From assembly GCA_043810285.1 (NCBI GenBank), contig JBDROH010000022.1:8484-72483 (forward strand): DNA of 64,000 nt, in the 5' to 3' direction. Shown in pieces: positions 27,250 to 36,959 of this stretch. Under the pieces are notes generated by a model. It saw only the letters and a program-made list of their open reading frames with translations, made no database searches and had not been told where the DNA came from. The first letter of the stretch is position 1, and each line of letters begins with the position of its first letter. This stretch comes from an archaeon (lineage in GTDB: Archaea; Nanobdellota; Nanobdellia; Pacearchaeales; GW2011-AR1). The translations under genes were made by a program, and so were the position numbers.

Positions 27250-28917
27250 TCAAAACCCATCTCTCTTCTGATACTTAGTATGCAACAATTTCTCTGCTTT
27301 CTTACTCAACGGTTTCCCCAAATACTTCTTATAAATTTCTTTAACAATCGGATTCTCATGAGACCTCCTAAACTTCTTTCTCGAATCCTGTTTATACAAC
27401 GCCTTACTCCTTAATCCTAAAACTTTCTCATCAAAATAAATCGGTTGCCCTCCCCCACCAACACATCCTCCAGGACAAGCCATCATCTCAATAAAATGAT
27501 ACTTATCTTTATCTTTCAACAACCTCCGAATATTCGCCCCACCATTTGCACAAGCATATTTGATAGTTTTATCCCCCAACTTTACCGACCCTGTTTTTAT
27601 CCCCTTAGAATCCCGAAGATTATCAAACTCAACTTTCCTAAGTTCTTTCCCCGCCACAATCTCATAACTCGTCCTCAACGCCGCTTCCATAACTCCTCCA
27701 GCAGTTCCAAAAATATCTCCAGCCCCACTCGCAATTCCAAGAATAGGATCAAATTCCTGATCTTCGAGTTTAGCAAAATCAATATTTTTTTGTTTAATCA
27801 ACCTACCCAACTCTCTCGTCGTAAGAACATAATCCACTTCAGTATTCAACTCAGGACGCGTAGACTCAAACTTCTTCGCAACACAAGGCATAATACTCAC
27901 GACGACAATATCCTTCGGATTTATCTTTGCCTTCTCCGCATAATACGTTTTAATAAGTATACCTAACATTTCATGAGGACTCTTACACGTCGACATATTC
28001 GGAATAAGCTCGGGATAAAAATGCTCCATCATCAAAATCCAACTCGGACAACACGTAGTAATCATCGGGAACAATCCTCCCCCCTTAATCCTCTTCAACA
28101 ATTCTGCAGACTCTTCCATAATAGTCATATCAGCCCCCAAATCCACGTCGAACACCATATCAAAACCACATTGCTTTAATGCTGTAACCATTTTCCCAGT
28201 AACCAAAGTCCCATATTTCATACCAAAAAGTTCCCCTAACGTTGCTCTTATCGACGGTGCTGTCTGCGCAACAACATGCTTCTTAGGATTATCCAATGCC
28301 TCAATAACTTCTTTCAAATGCGACCGCTCAGAAATGGCCCCCACAGGACAATTAATCAAACACTGTCCACATTTTATACAAGCAATATCAGACAAATGTT
28401 TTTCATTATACGGGGTCACATGCTCATTATGTGCCCGACTCGCAAAATCCACTGCAAAAATTTCCTGAATTTTTCCACAGACCTGAACACACCGTCCACA
28501 ATTAACACATTTATTATTATCTCTAACAAGTGCCGCCCCAAGTTCGGGAACATAATTTTTAATCGATTTGAATCTCTCATTATCCAAACCAACCTGCTCA
28601 TAAATTTCTCTCGCCTCAAAATCATTCGACAGTGCACCAATATTTACACCAGGATTCATCAACTCCATATTTCTCCGTCGAGCTTTCAAAACTTTTTTAG
28701 AAGAAGTCATAATTTTAGAATACTCTTTCGCCCTTGTAGAACAAGCAGTCACCAATTTCCCGTCAAGGTCAACCAAACATAATCGACATCTTGCCTCAGG
28801 AAATAAACTTTTGTGATAACATAATGTAGGAATTTTAATATTCTGTTTCTGACATATTTCTAAAATTGTTTTCCCCTCATCGACTTCCAAGTTCTTCCCA
28901 TCAATTGTTATTTTCAT
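27250..28917 (-). CDS. hydA: [FeFe]-hydrogenase catalytic subunit HydA with N-terminal 2Fe-2S and 4Fe-4S ferredoxin domains
   Basis: H-cluster motifs L1 TTCCPSW, L2 MPCVAKKFE and L3 EMMACPGGCVGGGGQP. An N-terminal 2Fe-2S plant-type ferredoxin fold and CxxCxxCxxxCP motifs are present. Confidence 0.85.
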   Translation of the reverse strand: MKITIDGKNLEVDEGKTILEICQKQNIKIPTLCYHKSLFPEARCRLCLVDLDGKLVTACSTRAKEYSKIMTSSKKVLKARRRNMELMNPGVNIGALSNDFEAREIYEQVGLDNERFKSIKNYVPELGAALVRDNNKCVNCGRCVQVCGKIQEIFAVDFASRAHNEHVTPYNEKHLSDIACIKCGQCLINCPVGAISERSHLKEVIEALDNPKKHVVAQTAPSIRATLGELFGMKYGTLVTGKMVTALKQCGFDMVFDVDLGADMTIMEESAELLKRIKGGGLFPMITTCCPSWILMMEHFYPELIPNMSTCKSPHEMLGILIKTYYAEKAKINPKDIVVVSIMPCVAKKFESTRPELNTEVDYVLTTRELGRLIKQKNIDFAKLEDQEFDPILGIASGAGDIFGTAGGVMEAALRTSYEIVAGKELRKVEFDNLRDSKGIKTGSVKLGDKTIKYACANGGANIRRLLKDKDKYHFIEMMACPGGCVGGGGQPIYFDEKVLGLRSKALYKQDSRKKFRRSHENPIVKEIYKKYLGKPLSKKAEKLLHTKYQKRDGF

Positions 28918-30029
28918 TTTATATACTCCCGATAATCTTTTTTAAAATGTTTAAGACTTGTCAATATATGATTTCCACAAGACTGTCCTAATCCACACAA
29001 ACTAGTTTCCTGAATATGTTCTGCAAATTCTTTCAATAACTTTATATCACTCTCGTTGGCCTTTTTATTCTTTATTTTTTTCAACAAATTAACTAATCTT
29101 ATCGTTCCCTCTCTGCACGGAGTACATTTTCCGCAAGACTCGTAAGTATAAAATTTCGCAATACTCAAGCATATATCGACGATGTTATGTCTCTCACCAA
29201 TAAGAATAATACTAAACGCTCCGTGCTGACAATCACTTTTACATATAGTCTCTTGAGACACCGAGGAATTTTTATTAATCGGCATAATCCCTCCAAAACA
29301 ACCAAAAGACATTGCCTTAATTTTCTCCTTGGGTTTAACTGTCTCCAAAATCGTTGACATTTTCACTCCAAGTTCCCATTCATAAACTCCTGGATGATTA
29401 ACATCTCCCGAAATAGAAAACAGCCTATAATCCGGATTCCAATCTTCGTATACCAATGCTTGGGGAACACAAGTTAATGTCTCGACGTTATTCAATACAG
29501 TTGGTTTACCCCATAACCCTGAAATAGTAGGATAAGGAGGCTTGTACATTGAACTACCCCTATTCCCCATTATCGATTGAATAATTGCAGTCTCTTCCCC
29601 ACAAACATACGCACCAGCCCCCCTAACAATTTCAATAGAAACTTTCATCTTAGATTTCTTTAACATCTCTTTTATCTTTTCCTCAAGCTCTTCTCTCAAA
29701 TAATCATACTCTCCTCGAAGATAAATAAAACACCTCTTAACTTTCAAAACATAAGCTGCAATTAACAGTCCTTCAATCATTGTCTCAGGATTATTTTTTA
29801 AAATAAATTTATCCTTAAAAGTTCCTGGCTCACCTTCATCAGCGTTACATATAACATATCGTTCTTTTGCCTTTGTATCCATTGCCACCCCCCATTTTTT
29901 TGCAACAGAAAAATTTACACCTCCCCGACCGCCCAATTTCTTCTTCGATAAAATCTCAAGAACCTTCTTTCGCCCAATTTTTTTAGCCAATTTCAAACCG
30001 GCCAATTTCGTCTCTCTAAGTATCTGCAT
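28914..30029 (-). CDS. hydB: NADH-binding flavoprotein subunit (NuoF/HydB-like) of a multimeric hydrogenase
   Basis: GEPGTFKDK NADH/FMN-binding region and the C-terminal 4Fe-4S motif CGKCTPCREG...C. Overlaps hydA by 4 nt. Confidence 0.8.
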   Translation of the reverse strand: MQILRETKLAGLKLAKKIGRKKVLEILSKKKLGGRGGVNFSVAKKWGVAMDTKAKERYVICNADEGEPGTFKDKFILKNNPETMIEGLLIAAYVLKVKRCFIYLRGEYDYLREELEEKIKEMLKKSKMKVSIEIVRGAGAYVCGEETAIIQSIMGNRGSSMYKPPYPTISGLWGKPTVLNNVETLTCVPQALVYEDWNPDYRLFSISGDVNHPGVYEWELGVKMSTILETVKPKEKIKAMSFGCFGGIMPINKNSSVSQETICKSDCQHGAFSIILIGERHNIVDICLSIAKFYTYESCGKCTPCREGTIRLVNLLKKIKNKKANESDIKLLKEFAEHIQETSLCGLGQSCGNHILTSLKHFKKDYREYIK

Positions 30030-30444
30030 TTTTTCTTAATTCTCCCAAAATTTCCTTAACTCGTTGGATTGTTAATTTTGTATAAGGCACCCCATTAACC
30101 AACATCGCTGGAGCTTCATCACAACACCCGATACATGAAGTTTTATAAACAGAAAACAAATTATCTTTACTAGTTTCTCCAATTTCAATTTTCAATTCTT
30201 TTTCTAAAAAGTTTTCTATCTCTCTACTTCTGTTTAAAATACAACTTGGAGATCCACATAATTCTATTACATATTTTCCTTGTTTTTTGATTTTTAGCAT
30301 AGTATAAAATGTAGCAACCCCATAAAGCTTAGATATCGGAATATCGTATTCTATGCTAATTTCTTTTAAATTTTTTTCAGAAAGATAACCCTCTCTATCT
30401 TGTACTTCATGCAATATATTCAAAAGTATTTTATCTTCCATCAC
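30016..30444 (-). CDS. hydC: NuoE/HydC-like thioredoxin-fold 2Fe-2S subunit
   Basis: CGSPSC...C..CCDEAP four-Cys pattern of the NuoE family. 142 aa. Confidence 0.7.
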   Translation of the reverse strand: MMEDKILLNILHEVQDREGYLSEKNLKEISIEYDIPISKLYGVATFYTMLKIKKQGKYVIELCGSPSCILNRSREIENFLEKELKIEIGETSKDNLFSVYKTSCIGCCDEAPAMLVNGVPYTKLTIQRVKEILGELRKNADT

Positions 30445-31067
30445 ACAATCAACTCTTTTAACTCCTTCCGGGGATTTTTAGCATTACAAATCGCAGAACT
30501 AACTGCAATACCTGAAGCTCCAAGTTTCATTGCAATCTTAACATCCTCAGAAGAATGAATTCCTGCACCGACGAGAAAATTCATTTTCAAGCTCTTCTTT
30601 ATCTTCTCTATTAATTCCGGTTTAGACTTCGAAACAGAAATCTTACCACCAACAAGTTCTGGAGGTTCTATTACTAAATAATCAGGATTCAACTTTTCAA
30701 TTTTCAAAGCCTCCCCCAACGACGAAGCAAAAACCACAGTCTTCAAACCAACCTTATTACATCTCTTAATCGTCCTCTTTAAAATATCAAAATCCAACTT
30801 ATGTTCAGAATGATTTAAAAAACTTCCAATAGCTTTCTCACTTTTTACAGCCTCGGGAAGAACAAATCCTGTAGCTCGGCCTTTTTCCAAACAATCTACA
30901 TGCTGACTATAAACTTTTAATTTAGTCTTCTTAACAATCTCACAAATATCACTTGCCTGAACACCGACGATAATGTTCTTATCAACCTCCTCAATCTGCT
31001 TAGCTAAATTAACTGCTTCCTTTCCTTGCTTATATGTCTTAAAGTTTACAATAATAATCGGTTTCAT
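30441..31067 (-). CDS. tpiA: Triose-phosphate isomerase, archaeal short form. The start is taken at MKPIIIVNFKTY, and the ORF-track start overlaps the upstream gene
   Basis: NFKTY N-terminus, the NHSEHKL catalytic region, and about 208 aa as in archaeal TIMs. Confidence 0.8.
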   Translation of the reverse strand: MKPIIIVNFKTYKQGKEAVNLAKQIEEVDKNIIVGVQASDICEIVKKTKLKVYSQHVDCLEKGRATGFVLPEAVKSEKAIGSFLNHSEHKLDFDILKRTIKRCNKVGLKTVVFASSLGEALKIEKLNPDYLVIEPPELVGGKISVSKSKPELIEKIKKSLKMNFLVGAGIHSSEDVKIAMKLGASGIAVSSAICNAKNPRKELKELIV

Positions 31068-32257
31068 TTTAAACCATCCTTTCTTAACAAAATATATTCG
31101 GCATGACTCCATCCCAAGGGATTCGCCCAATAAACCATTTTTCTTCCTCTAAAATTTTTAACTGACTTTTCAGCTTTTTTCATTTCATTTATAATTCTCG
31201 AATTAAACTCAATTTCATGAGACTTCCAATCATCATATTCCTCTTTCGTCGCAATATGTTCCGGTAACAATCCATCTGAAAAAAAAGAAACTTCCCTTAA
31301 CCATTTAATACATTCGTTATATCCTCTCTTATTTTTAACCTTTTTATAAAATCTAGCAACCATTGCAGTGAGAGCACACCAACTTCCAGAACCTCCAGTA
31401 TACCAATGCCAATCATCACAAATCTCAAATTTTCTAAACCTTCTAAATCCTCCAATTTCACCATCCCAAATATGCTTTCTTAAATAAGCCAATGTATTCC
31501 TCAAAACTTTTTCATCATCATCAACATTAAAATAAAATGGAGCCAACTGAGAAATATCTGGGGAATCTGGAAACCTCTTATTTTTAATATAAATCTTAAG
31601 TTTCTTATTGAACAATCTCTTCTCAATATTCCCTTTAATTTTCTCCGCCTTTTTGTCCCACTCTTTGCTTTCTTTTTTATGATTCATTATTTCCGCAATC
31701 TTGGCCGCATCTTTTAATCCTCGATAACAAGCACAATTCACCCAGAGATCATATCCCTTCTCAAGTTTTTTGAATTCGTGAATACTAGAATTAGTTTTAA
31801 CTAACCCAAATCTAGAATAAGAAAATATAAGCCCAACGACTTGTTCAACTGTCGTCCACATATTCTCAAGAAAAGTCTCTTTCTTATTATGCAAATAAGT
31901 ATCATATATCCCGTGCAACAACAATCCCTCATTATCATTTTGAACTTTCCGTGTTACAGAAGGCAATCCTGAAGAGGTATACCTCTGAAAAACCTCTTTA
32001 TAATTTTCGACCTTAACTGCTTTTTTCATAAAATAATAAAATTTCTCCGAAGCATCAGCCATCCCTATACGATTCAATGCCTTACTAATAATAACGCTAT
32101 CCCTCGTATAAACATATGGATACGCCGCATCCTTGGGGGTCGCAAGTATACCTCCATTTTTTAACCGCAAAGACTTGACAACCTCTTCACTCTTTTTCAA
32201 CAAATCTATCTTACCTCTAGAAGTCTTAGAACTTAAAGTCATAATCATGTCCTGCAT
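31064..32257 (-). CDS. Glycoside hydrolase family 15 (glucoamylase/glucodextranase-like) catalytic domain
   Basis: ATPKDAAYPYVYTRDS, WTTVEQ, and GGFRRF...DDWHWYTGGSGSWCALTA of the (alpha/alpha)6 barrel of GH15. Confidence 0.65.
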   Translation of the reverse strand: MQDMIMTLSSKTSRGKIDLLKKSEEVVKSLRLKNGGILATPKDAAYPYVYTRDSVIISKALNRIGMADASEKFYYFMKKAVKVENYKEVFQRYTSSGLPSVTRKVQNDNEGLLLHGIYDTYLHNKKETFLENMWTTVEQVVGLIFSYSRFGLVKTNSSIHEFKKLEKGYDLWVNCACYRGLKDAAKIAEIMNHKKESKEWDKKAEKIKGNIEKRLFNKKLKIYIKNKRFPDSPDISQLAPFYFNVDDDEKVLRNTLAYLRKHIWDGEIGGFRRFRKFEICDDWHWYTGGSGSWCALTAMVARFYKKVKNKRGYNECIKWLREVSFFSDGLLPEHIATKEEYDDWKSHEIEFNSRIINEMKKAEKSVKNFRGRKMVYWANPLGWSHAEYILLRKDGLK

Positions 32258-32663
32258 TTTTACTATAGATTGTAAAAACTTCTAAATTACTTTTCCCAGT
32301 GTTAATAAGCCTATGTCCAGACTTCCCAGGGATAAAATAAATTTTACCCTTCTTCATATTTATTTCCTTAATTTTATTCTTTTCTTTAATCAAAAGTTTC
32401 CCTTTCCCGTTGATCAACATATAAATTTCCTCGACGGGATTTCTATGTCTATGCCCCTTAGTCATAAAATATTCTTTTCCAATCTTCCCAGATTCAATAA
32501 CTGTCAAACCAGTTTCAAAACTTTTAAAATCTTTAATATACACCACATAAATCAAAGGGTTCCCTTTAATTTCAGATTTATATTTATCCTTCATATCGGT
32601 ATACCTTCTTACCATTTTTTTATCGCACAACTTCTTTAAGTTTTTATAATCTACTTCAATCAT
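32226..32663 (-). CDS. Cupin-type glucose-6-phosphate isomerase (cPGI)-like protein
   Basis: Cupin motifs TKGHRHRNPVEEIY (TxGHxH....E) and GHRLINTG, resembling archaeal cupin PGIs. 145 aa is shorter than typical. Confidence 0.5.
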   Translation of the reverse strand: MIEVDYKNLKKLCDKKMVRRYTDMKDKYKSEIKGNPLIYVVYIKDFKSFETGLTVIESGKIGKEYFMTKGHRHRNPVEEIYMLINGKGKLLIKEKNKIKEINMKKGKIYFIPGKSGHRLINTGKSNLEVFTIYSKNAGHDYDFKF

Positions 32664-33411
32664 TTTTCCAAATCACCCCACTTATTTTTTTAGAAATCTT
32701 CAAAGGATTTTTGCTCTGCCAAACATTTCTCCCAATAGCAAACCCCGAACATCCAACCTTCATCGCTTCCTTTACTTCTTTAATCAAATCACTCTCATCT
32801 TTTTTTCTTCCACCAGCAATAACTACTCGAACCTTTCCCGCACTTTTAATCGCCCAAGCTAAATCCTCTTTTTTTCCAGTAGATTGAATCTTAATAATAT
32901 CTGCGCCAATCTCTAACCCCACCCTTGCAGCATAAGCCATCAAATCTTTTTTCTTTTTCCCAGAAACCCCTTTTCCTCGAGGATAAATCCAACAAATCAC
33001 TGGCAGACTATTCTTGTGTGCCTCTCTTTGTATCCCTTCAAACTCAGACAACATTTCCTCCTCATGTTTACTCCCAATATAAATTGTATATCCTACTGCA
33101 ACCGCACCAAGACTAATCGCTTCCTTTATCGTACAAAGTTGTTTTGATATAGGATCTCCTCCAACCAAATTTGTTTTCCCATTAAGTTTTATTATCAAAG
33201 GAACCTTACTTAATTTTATTTCCTGATTATACTTTTCCGCAATCCCTTTCTGAAAAATAATTCCGGTATACTTTCCCTCTTTTGCAATCTTTATAATATA
33301 TTCAGGATCTACATTCTTATCATTAAAATCCATCGGCCCATGTTCCAACCCCTGATCATAAGCTAAAAACAACGCCCTTCCCTTTCTCATAATTTTATTT
33401 AATTTAATCAT
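32656..33411 (-). CDS. Class I fructose-bisphosphate aldolase of the DhnA/FbaB family. An ADH synthase paralog is not excluded
   Basis: ALFLAYDQGLEHGP N-terminal motif and a TIM-barrel aldolase of about 250 aa. Lies in a glycolytic gene context. Confidence 0.6.
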   Translation of the reverse strand: MIKLNKIMRKGRALFLAYDQGLEHGPMDFNDKNVDPEYIIKIAKEGKYTGIIFQKGIAEKYNQEIKLSKVPLIIKLNGKTNLVGGDPISKQLCTIKEAISLGAVAVGYTIYIGSKHEEEMLSEFEGIQREAHKNSLPVICWIYPRGKGVSGKKKKDLMAYAARVGLEIGADIIKIQSTGKKEDLAWAIKSAGKVRVVIAGGRKKDESDLIKEVKEAMKVGCSGFAIGRNVWQSKNPLKISKKISGVIWKND

Positions 33412-34364
33412 TTTAACTTCATCCTTAATAATTTATTTTTCGCCCCAAAGTATCTAATTACAGATTCACTCTCCTTCAAACCTAATTTCAAACTTTCAGG
33501 AATCGTCTTTCCCACAATCATCCCGGCAACAAATCCTGAAGCAAACGCATCTCCAGCCCCAGTTCTTTCAACAACCTTAACTTTATTCGGCTTCAAAAAA
33601 TAATCTTCATTCCCGTCGCTACAACTTATCAAATTATTCTTATCAGTTATAACAATAATCTTCGGACCCAACTCCCTCAAACAAACCATCAAATTTCCCT
33701 TCTTCTTATACTTCTTGCAAAGCATCTCAGCTTCTTCTTTATTTAAAATTAAGACATCACATAATTTTAACATCGACGTCAAATCTTCTCTCTTAATCAA
33801 ATATTCTCCAGGATTAAATGCCAACTTCGTCCCTTCTTTTTTTAGTTTCATTACAAGTTTTTCTTGCGTCCGAAGACTCTTTCCCAGAACCGAAGAAAAA
33901 TAAAGCCAATCAGTTTTAAATTTCGGAATCTCGCTTAACCTAACATCATTCCCCGGACCCTTAAATGTTAAAATAGTTCTACTCCGATCTTTACTATCAA
34001 GAATTATAGAATACCCGGTTTTGCCTTTTATCTTCGAGCCAAGAAATTTAATTTTTTCATTTTTCAACATATTCAAAATATCTTGTCCATTATTGTCGTC
34101 GCCAATCTTACAAATACATCCAGTTCCTAATCCCAAACGTGCAAAAGCAACCGCAGTATTCGTTGCCCCTCCGCCAATATCAAACTTCAGATTATTGACC
34201 AGAATTTTAGAACCTGCAGGATAGTTAAACGAATTACTTCTTTCATTAAATTCAGTATCTACAAAAGCATCGATAACAGCACTTCCAAAACTAACCACCT
34301 CAAATTTCATCATCTTTTTTAGCTTATTCTCCGAAGAGAAAATTACTTCACTCCTTTTTCTCAT
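33408..34364 (-). CDS. PfkB/ribokinase-family carbohydrate kinase (candidate ATP-PFK or nucleoside kinase)
   Basis: GGGATNTAVAFARLG and the catalytic TGAGDAFASGF motif. Confidence 0.75.
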   Translation of the reverse strand: MRKRSEVIFSSENKLKKMMKFEVVSFGSAVIDAFVDTEFNERSNSFNYPAGSKILVNNLKFDIGGGATNTAVAFARLGLGTGCICKIGDDNNGQDILNMLKNEKIKFLGSKIKGKTGYSIILDSKDRSRTILTFKGPGNDVRLSEIPKFKTDWLYFSSVLGKSLRTQEKLVMKLKKEGTKLAFNPGEYLIKREDLTSMLKLCDVLILNKEEAEMLCKKYKKKGNLMVCLRELGPKIIVITDKNNLISCSDGNEDYFLKPNKVKVVERTGAGDAFASGFVAGMIVGKTIPESLKLGLKESESVIRYFGAKNKLLRMKLK

Positions 34365-34560
34365 TATTAGTAGATTTAATTAATTAAAAGCTTTTGTATT
34401 TCTAATTTAATGTCAAGTCATACCTCTATTCAGCAAACTTCTTACCGAATACCAGTCCAAACATAATTCGGACAACCTCCAATTCTATTGTTCCCAACTT
34501 TATCAACTCTCAACAAATCACAATAATCTCGAGAATCAATTTTCACCGACGAATCAGATT

Positions 34561-35121
34561 TTAGAACCGAACCGCGTCCCTACTCTGCTCACTCGACATT
34601 CCAATACTAATTCCTAAAGAAATCAAACCCTTCTCACCAATAATCTCTTTTCCAGTCTCGGCAAAACTCGCAATTCTAATTGGACACCGAGCCTTCCGAC
34701 AAATCTTAATATTTTGAATCAACCTAGACAAACGCAAAGCTTTCGCATTACTATCTAATCTCGACACCTCGCCAAAATCAATAACTATAGTTACACATCG
34801 CTTAGTCGCTTCCCCTGCGATAACATGATTCAATCCAGAATCTCTCTGCTTTAAACTATCATTTTTCAAACCCCGTTCAGGAGAAACCAGATAGTCTACT
34901 TTCAATGTTTCAATAGCCCGACGATTAAATACACTGTCCCCTCCAACGACAGCAATAACTTTCTCTTTTCCTTTTAAAGATTCAATAATCTTCCGAGCTT
35001 CATTCTCCGAAGCCTCAATCAAATAGCCATCGCAATCATCTTTCTCTAAAACTTCTGACTTTGATTTTATCTTCTTCAAAAAAATTGAATCTTTTGTTTT
35101 GAATAAAGTTATGTCTTTCAT
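34561..35121 (-). CDS. RNase P protein component 3 (Rpp30/Rnp3)-like
   Basis: GLNHVIAGEATKR and LISLGISIGMSSEQSRDAV resemble the conserved segments of archaeal Rpp30 as recalled from memory. Not verified by search. Confidence 0.45.
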   Translation of the reverse strand: MKDITLFKTKDSIFLKKIKSKSEVLEKDDCDGYLIEASENEARKIIESLKGKEKVIAVVGGDSVFNRRAIETLKVDYLVSPERGLKNDSLKQRDSGLNHVIAGEATKRCVTIVIDFGEVSRLDSNAKALRLSRLIQNIKICRKARCPIRIASFAETGKEIIGEKGLISLGISIGMSSEQSRDAVRF

Positions 35122-35801
35122 CCCGCTATCAAGGTTCCCCCAAAATTCTTTTCCCCTTTCAGAATTTTATCAATCGCCGTCAAAGAACCAACAATATATG
35201 TCGGAATTTTCTTTTTCAAAATAACTTTCGCTGCAGATTGGTCAAGGACAAAATGCTGTCCAGCCTTGAACTTTATCTTTCTAGTAATCTTTTCAAAATC
35301 CTTCCAAGTTATTTCCCTTATGAATTTTGCATTTTTATTAGTCTTAGGATTAGAAGTATACAAGCCTTTTACATTCGTGAGATTTATGAAAGGGCATTCC
35401 AAATATGCTGAAAGTTTTGCAGCAGTCCCATCCGAAGTATTACTTTTCTCATACCTCAAACCCCCGCAAAAAACAATTTGATTTTTGTTAAGTAAATCCT
35501 TAACTTTTTTCATATTATTTGGAATAACTTCATTCGCACTCTTACCAAAAAATCTCGCCATAAATCCTGCATGAAGTCTCGTAATTGCAATCCCCGAAAT
35601 AGACTGCGACTTCGTAGTCTTCCCCAATTTCCTCAACGCTGAAATATATTTCCTAGCGGTAGAACCTCCCCCAGTCACCCCAACAAACTTATGAGAAGGA
35701 TGTGAATCAACTAATTTTTTGAAGCTCATAAGAAACTTCTCATCTACTTCATCAGGAACAATCCGTGAACCACCGAGAGAAATCACCCAAACTTTTTTCA
35801 T
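35118..35801 (-). CDS. pyrH: Uridylate (UMP) kinase, archaeal type
   Basis: Amino-acid-kinase fold: VISLGGS N-terminus, VTGGGSTAR, and a length of about 225 aa. Confidence 0.75.
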   Translation of the reverse strand: MKKVWVISLGGSRIVPDEVDEKFLMSFKKLVDSHPSHKFVGVTGGGSTARKYISALRKLGKTTKSQSISGIAITRLHAGFMARFFGKSANEVIPNNMKKVKDLLNKNQIVFCGGLRYEKSNTSDGTAAKLSAYLECPFINLTNVKGLYTSNPKTNKNAKFIREITWKDFEKITRKIKFKAGQHFVLDQSAAKVILKKKIPTYIVGSLTAIDKILKGEKNFGGTLIAG

Positions 35802-35840
35802 AGATTGAGAGAGCGATTTAGATTTATATAGATTGTGGAA

Positions 35841-36122
35841 TCAACAAACAGTAAACAATCTATCATCACTAACATCAAATATCTTCAATCGAACTCCCGA
35901 ATCTAACCACCCGTGTGCATAATTCAAAGCCGCGAAAGCATTAACCAAATCACCCTTGTCCCCGAAGTGATGTGCATCCGAAACATAATTCCCAACCATA
36001 TCGATTATTTCTTTAGCCTCATTTTCCTTCCCTTCAAAAATATTCTTCTTCACCTCGGCAAAAGCCGTCTCAGTCAAACTAAAATACTTCTTCAACTTCT
36101 CAATACTAATCTCATTTTGCAT
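35841..36122 (-). CDS. Hypothetical small protein
   Basis: 93-aa ORF with no motif recognised. Confidence 0.35.
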   Translation of the reverse strand: MQNEISIEKLKKYFSLTETAFAEVKKNIFEGKENEAKEIIDMVGNYVSDAHHFGDKGDLVNAFAALNYAHGWLDSGVRLKIFDVSDDRLFTVC

Positions 36123-36146
36123 ACTAAAATAAAACTTAAAAGTTAT

Positions 36147-36959
36147 TTAAATCTGTCTCTCGAGTAAAGAATAAGGCGTCTGCTTCCTAATCACAAACCG
36201 CGACCCAACCATATCCGATATAATTGCATTAATAGAAAAGTTACCAACACTCGCTCGGAACACACCTTCAAGTAATGGAATATGTGCGTTATCTGAAATC
36301 TCTTGTAAAATCCTCTTAATTTCATCAGGGCTCAAAGTTATCCGTGTGAGTTGTTTCTGACCTGCTCGAAGAATCATTACAGGTTCTCCTGCTCCCGAAC
36401 ATTCAATCAAAGAAATCATAGGGTCATCTAAAAGCGGTTTAATCCTCCCATAATCTTGACCTGACTCGATTCCTACTTGAATATAAGGGGCTATAATCTG
36501 ATTACTTATCTGTTGCATTTGTCGAGGAGGTGATACAGGTGCTGGTATTTCCCGATGATGAATCATTTGAGGTGGTGAAAGAGTTTGCTTTTCAATGAAC
36601 TGTTTTGGCGGGAGGAGGATGGGCATTTGTTTAACTGGAGCCTTAATAACAATCGGCTTCTGTTCCATGGGGGCCCTATCCATAATAGATAATAATCTAA
36701 TTGGAATTTTAGGAACTTCAACAACAGGTTTACCCATAGGGATAACTAATTCTTTCAAATTCTCTTTCACAAAAGGAATCTCTTTTTCCTTTAAAGAAGA
36801 CTGCATAACTTTTTCCGAGACCATTGGCACTAAGTCTGCATGAATAATGTGTTTTTCTTCATAAGAAAAATTCTGCGACCGAATGCTTTGAATTATCGCA
36901 AAAACAAATTTCCTAATAAAAGGTTCTACTGCTATTAATGATAAATCTTCAGAGTTCAT
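36147..36959 (-). CDS. Protein with a Pro-rich middle region and a C-terminal domain resembling the N-terminal domain of FlaI/VirB11/PilB secretion ATPases. No ATPase domain is present
   Basis: DDPMISLIECSGAGEPVMILRAGQKQLTRITLSPDEIKRILQEISDNAHIPLLEGVFRASVGNFSINAIISDMVGSRFVIRKQ matches the DDP-I-DI..NG...V....G.......EE....I..I.....I.......A.L.DGSR.N.I.P...G...TIRKF pattern. The ORF stops before any Walker A. Confidence 0.5.
   Translation of the reverse strand: MNSEDLSLIAVEPFIRKFVFAIIQSIRSQNFSYEEKHIIHADLVPMVSEKVMQSSLKEKEIPFVKENLKELVIPMGKPVVEVPKIPIRLLSIMDRAPMEQKPIVIKAPVKQMPILLPPKQFIEKQTLSPPQMIHHREIPAPVSPPRQMQQISNQIIAPYIQVGIESGQDYGRIKPLLDDPMISLIECSGAGEPVMILRAGQKQLTRITLSPDEIKRILQEISDNAHIPLLEGVFRASVGNFSINAIISDMVGSRFVIRKQTPYSLLERQI

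Noticed and set aside
27445-28782. Several + strand ORFs (173, 68 and 168 aa) antisense to hydA
   Set aside because: The HydA frame carries all three H-cluster motifs. The antisense ORFs are low-complexity and rich in Arg, Asn and Ile.
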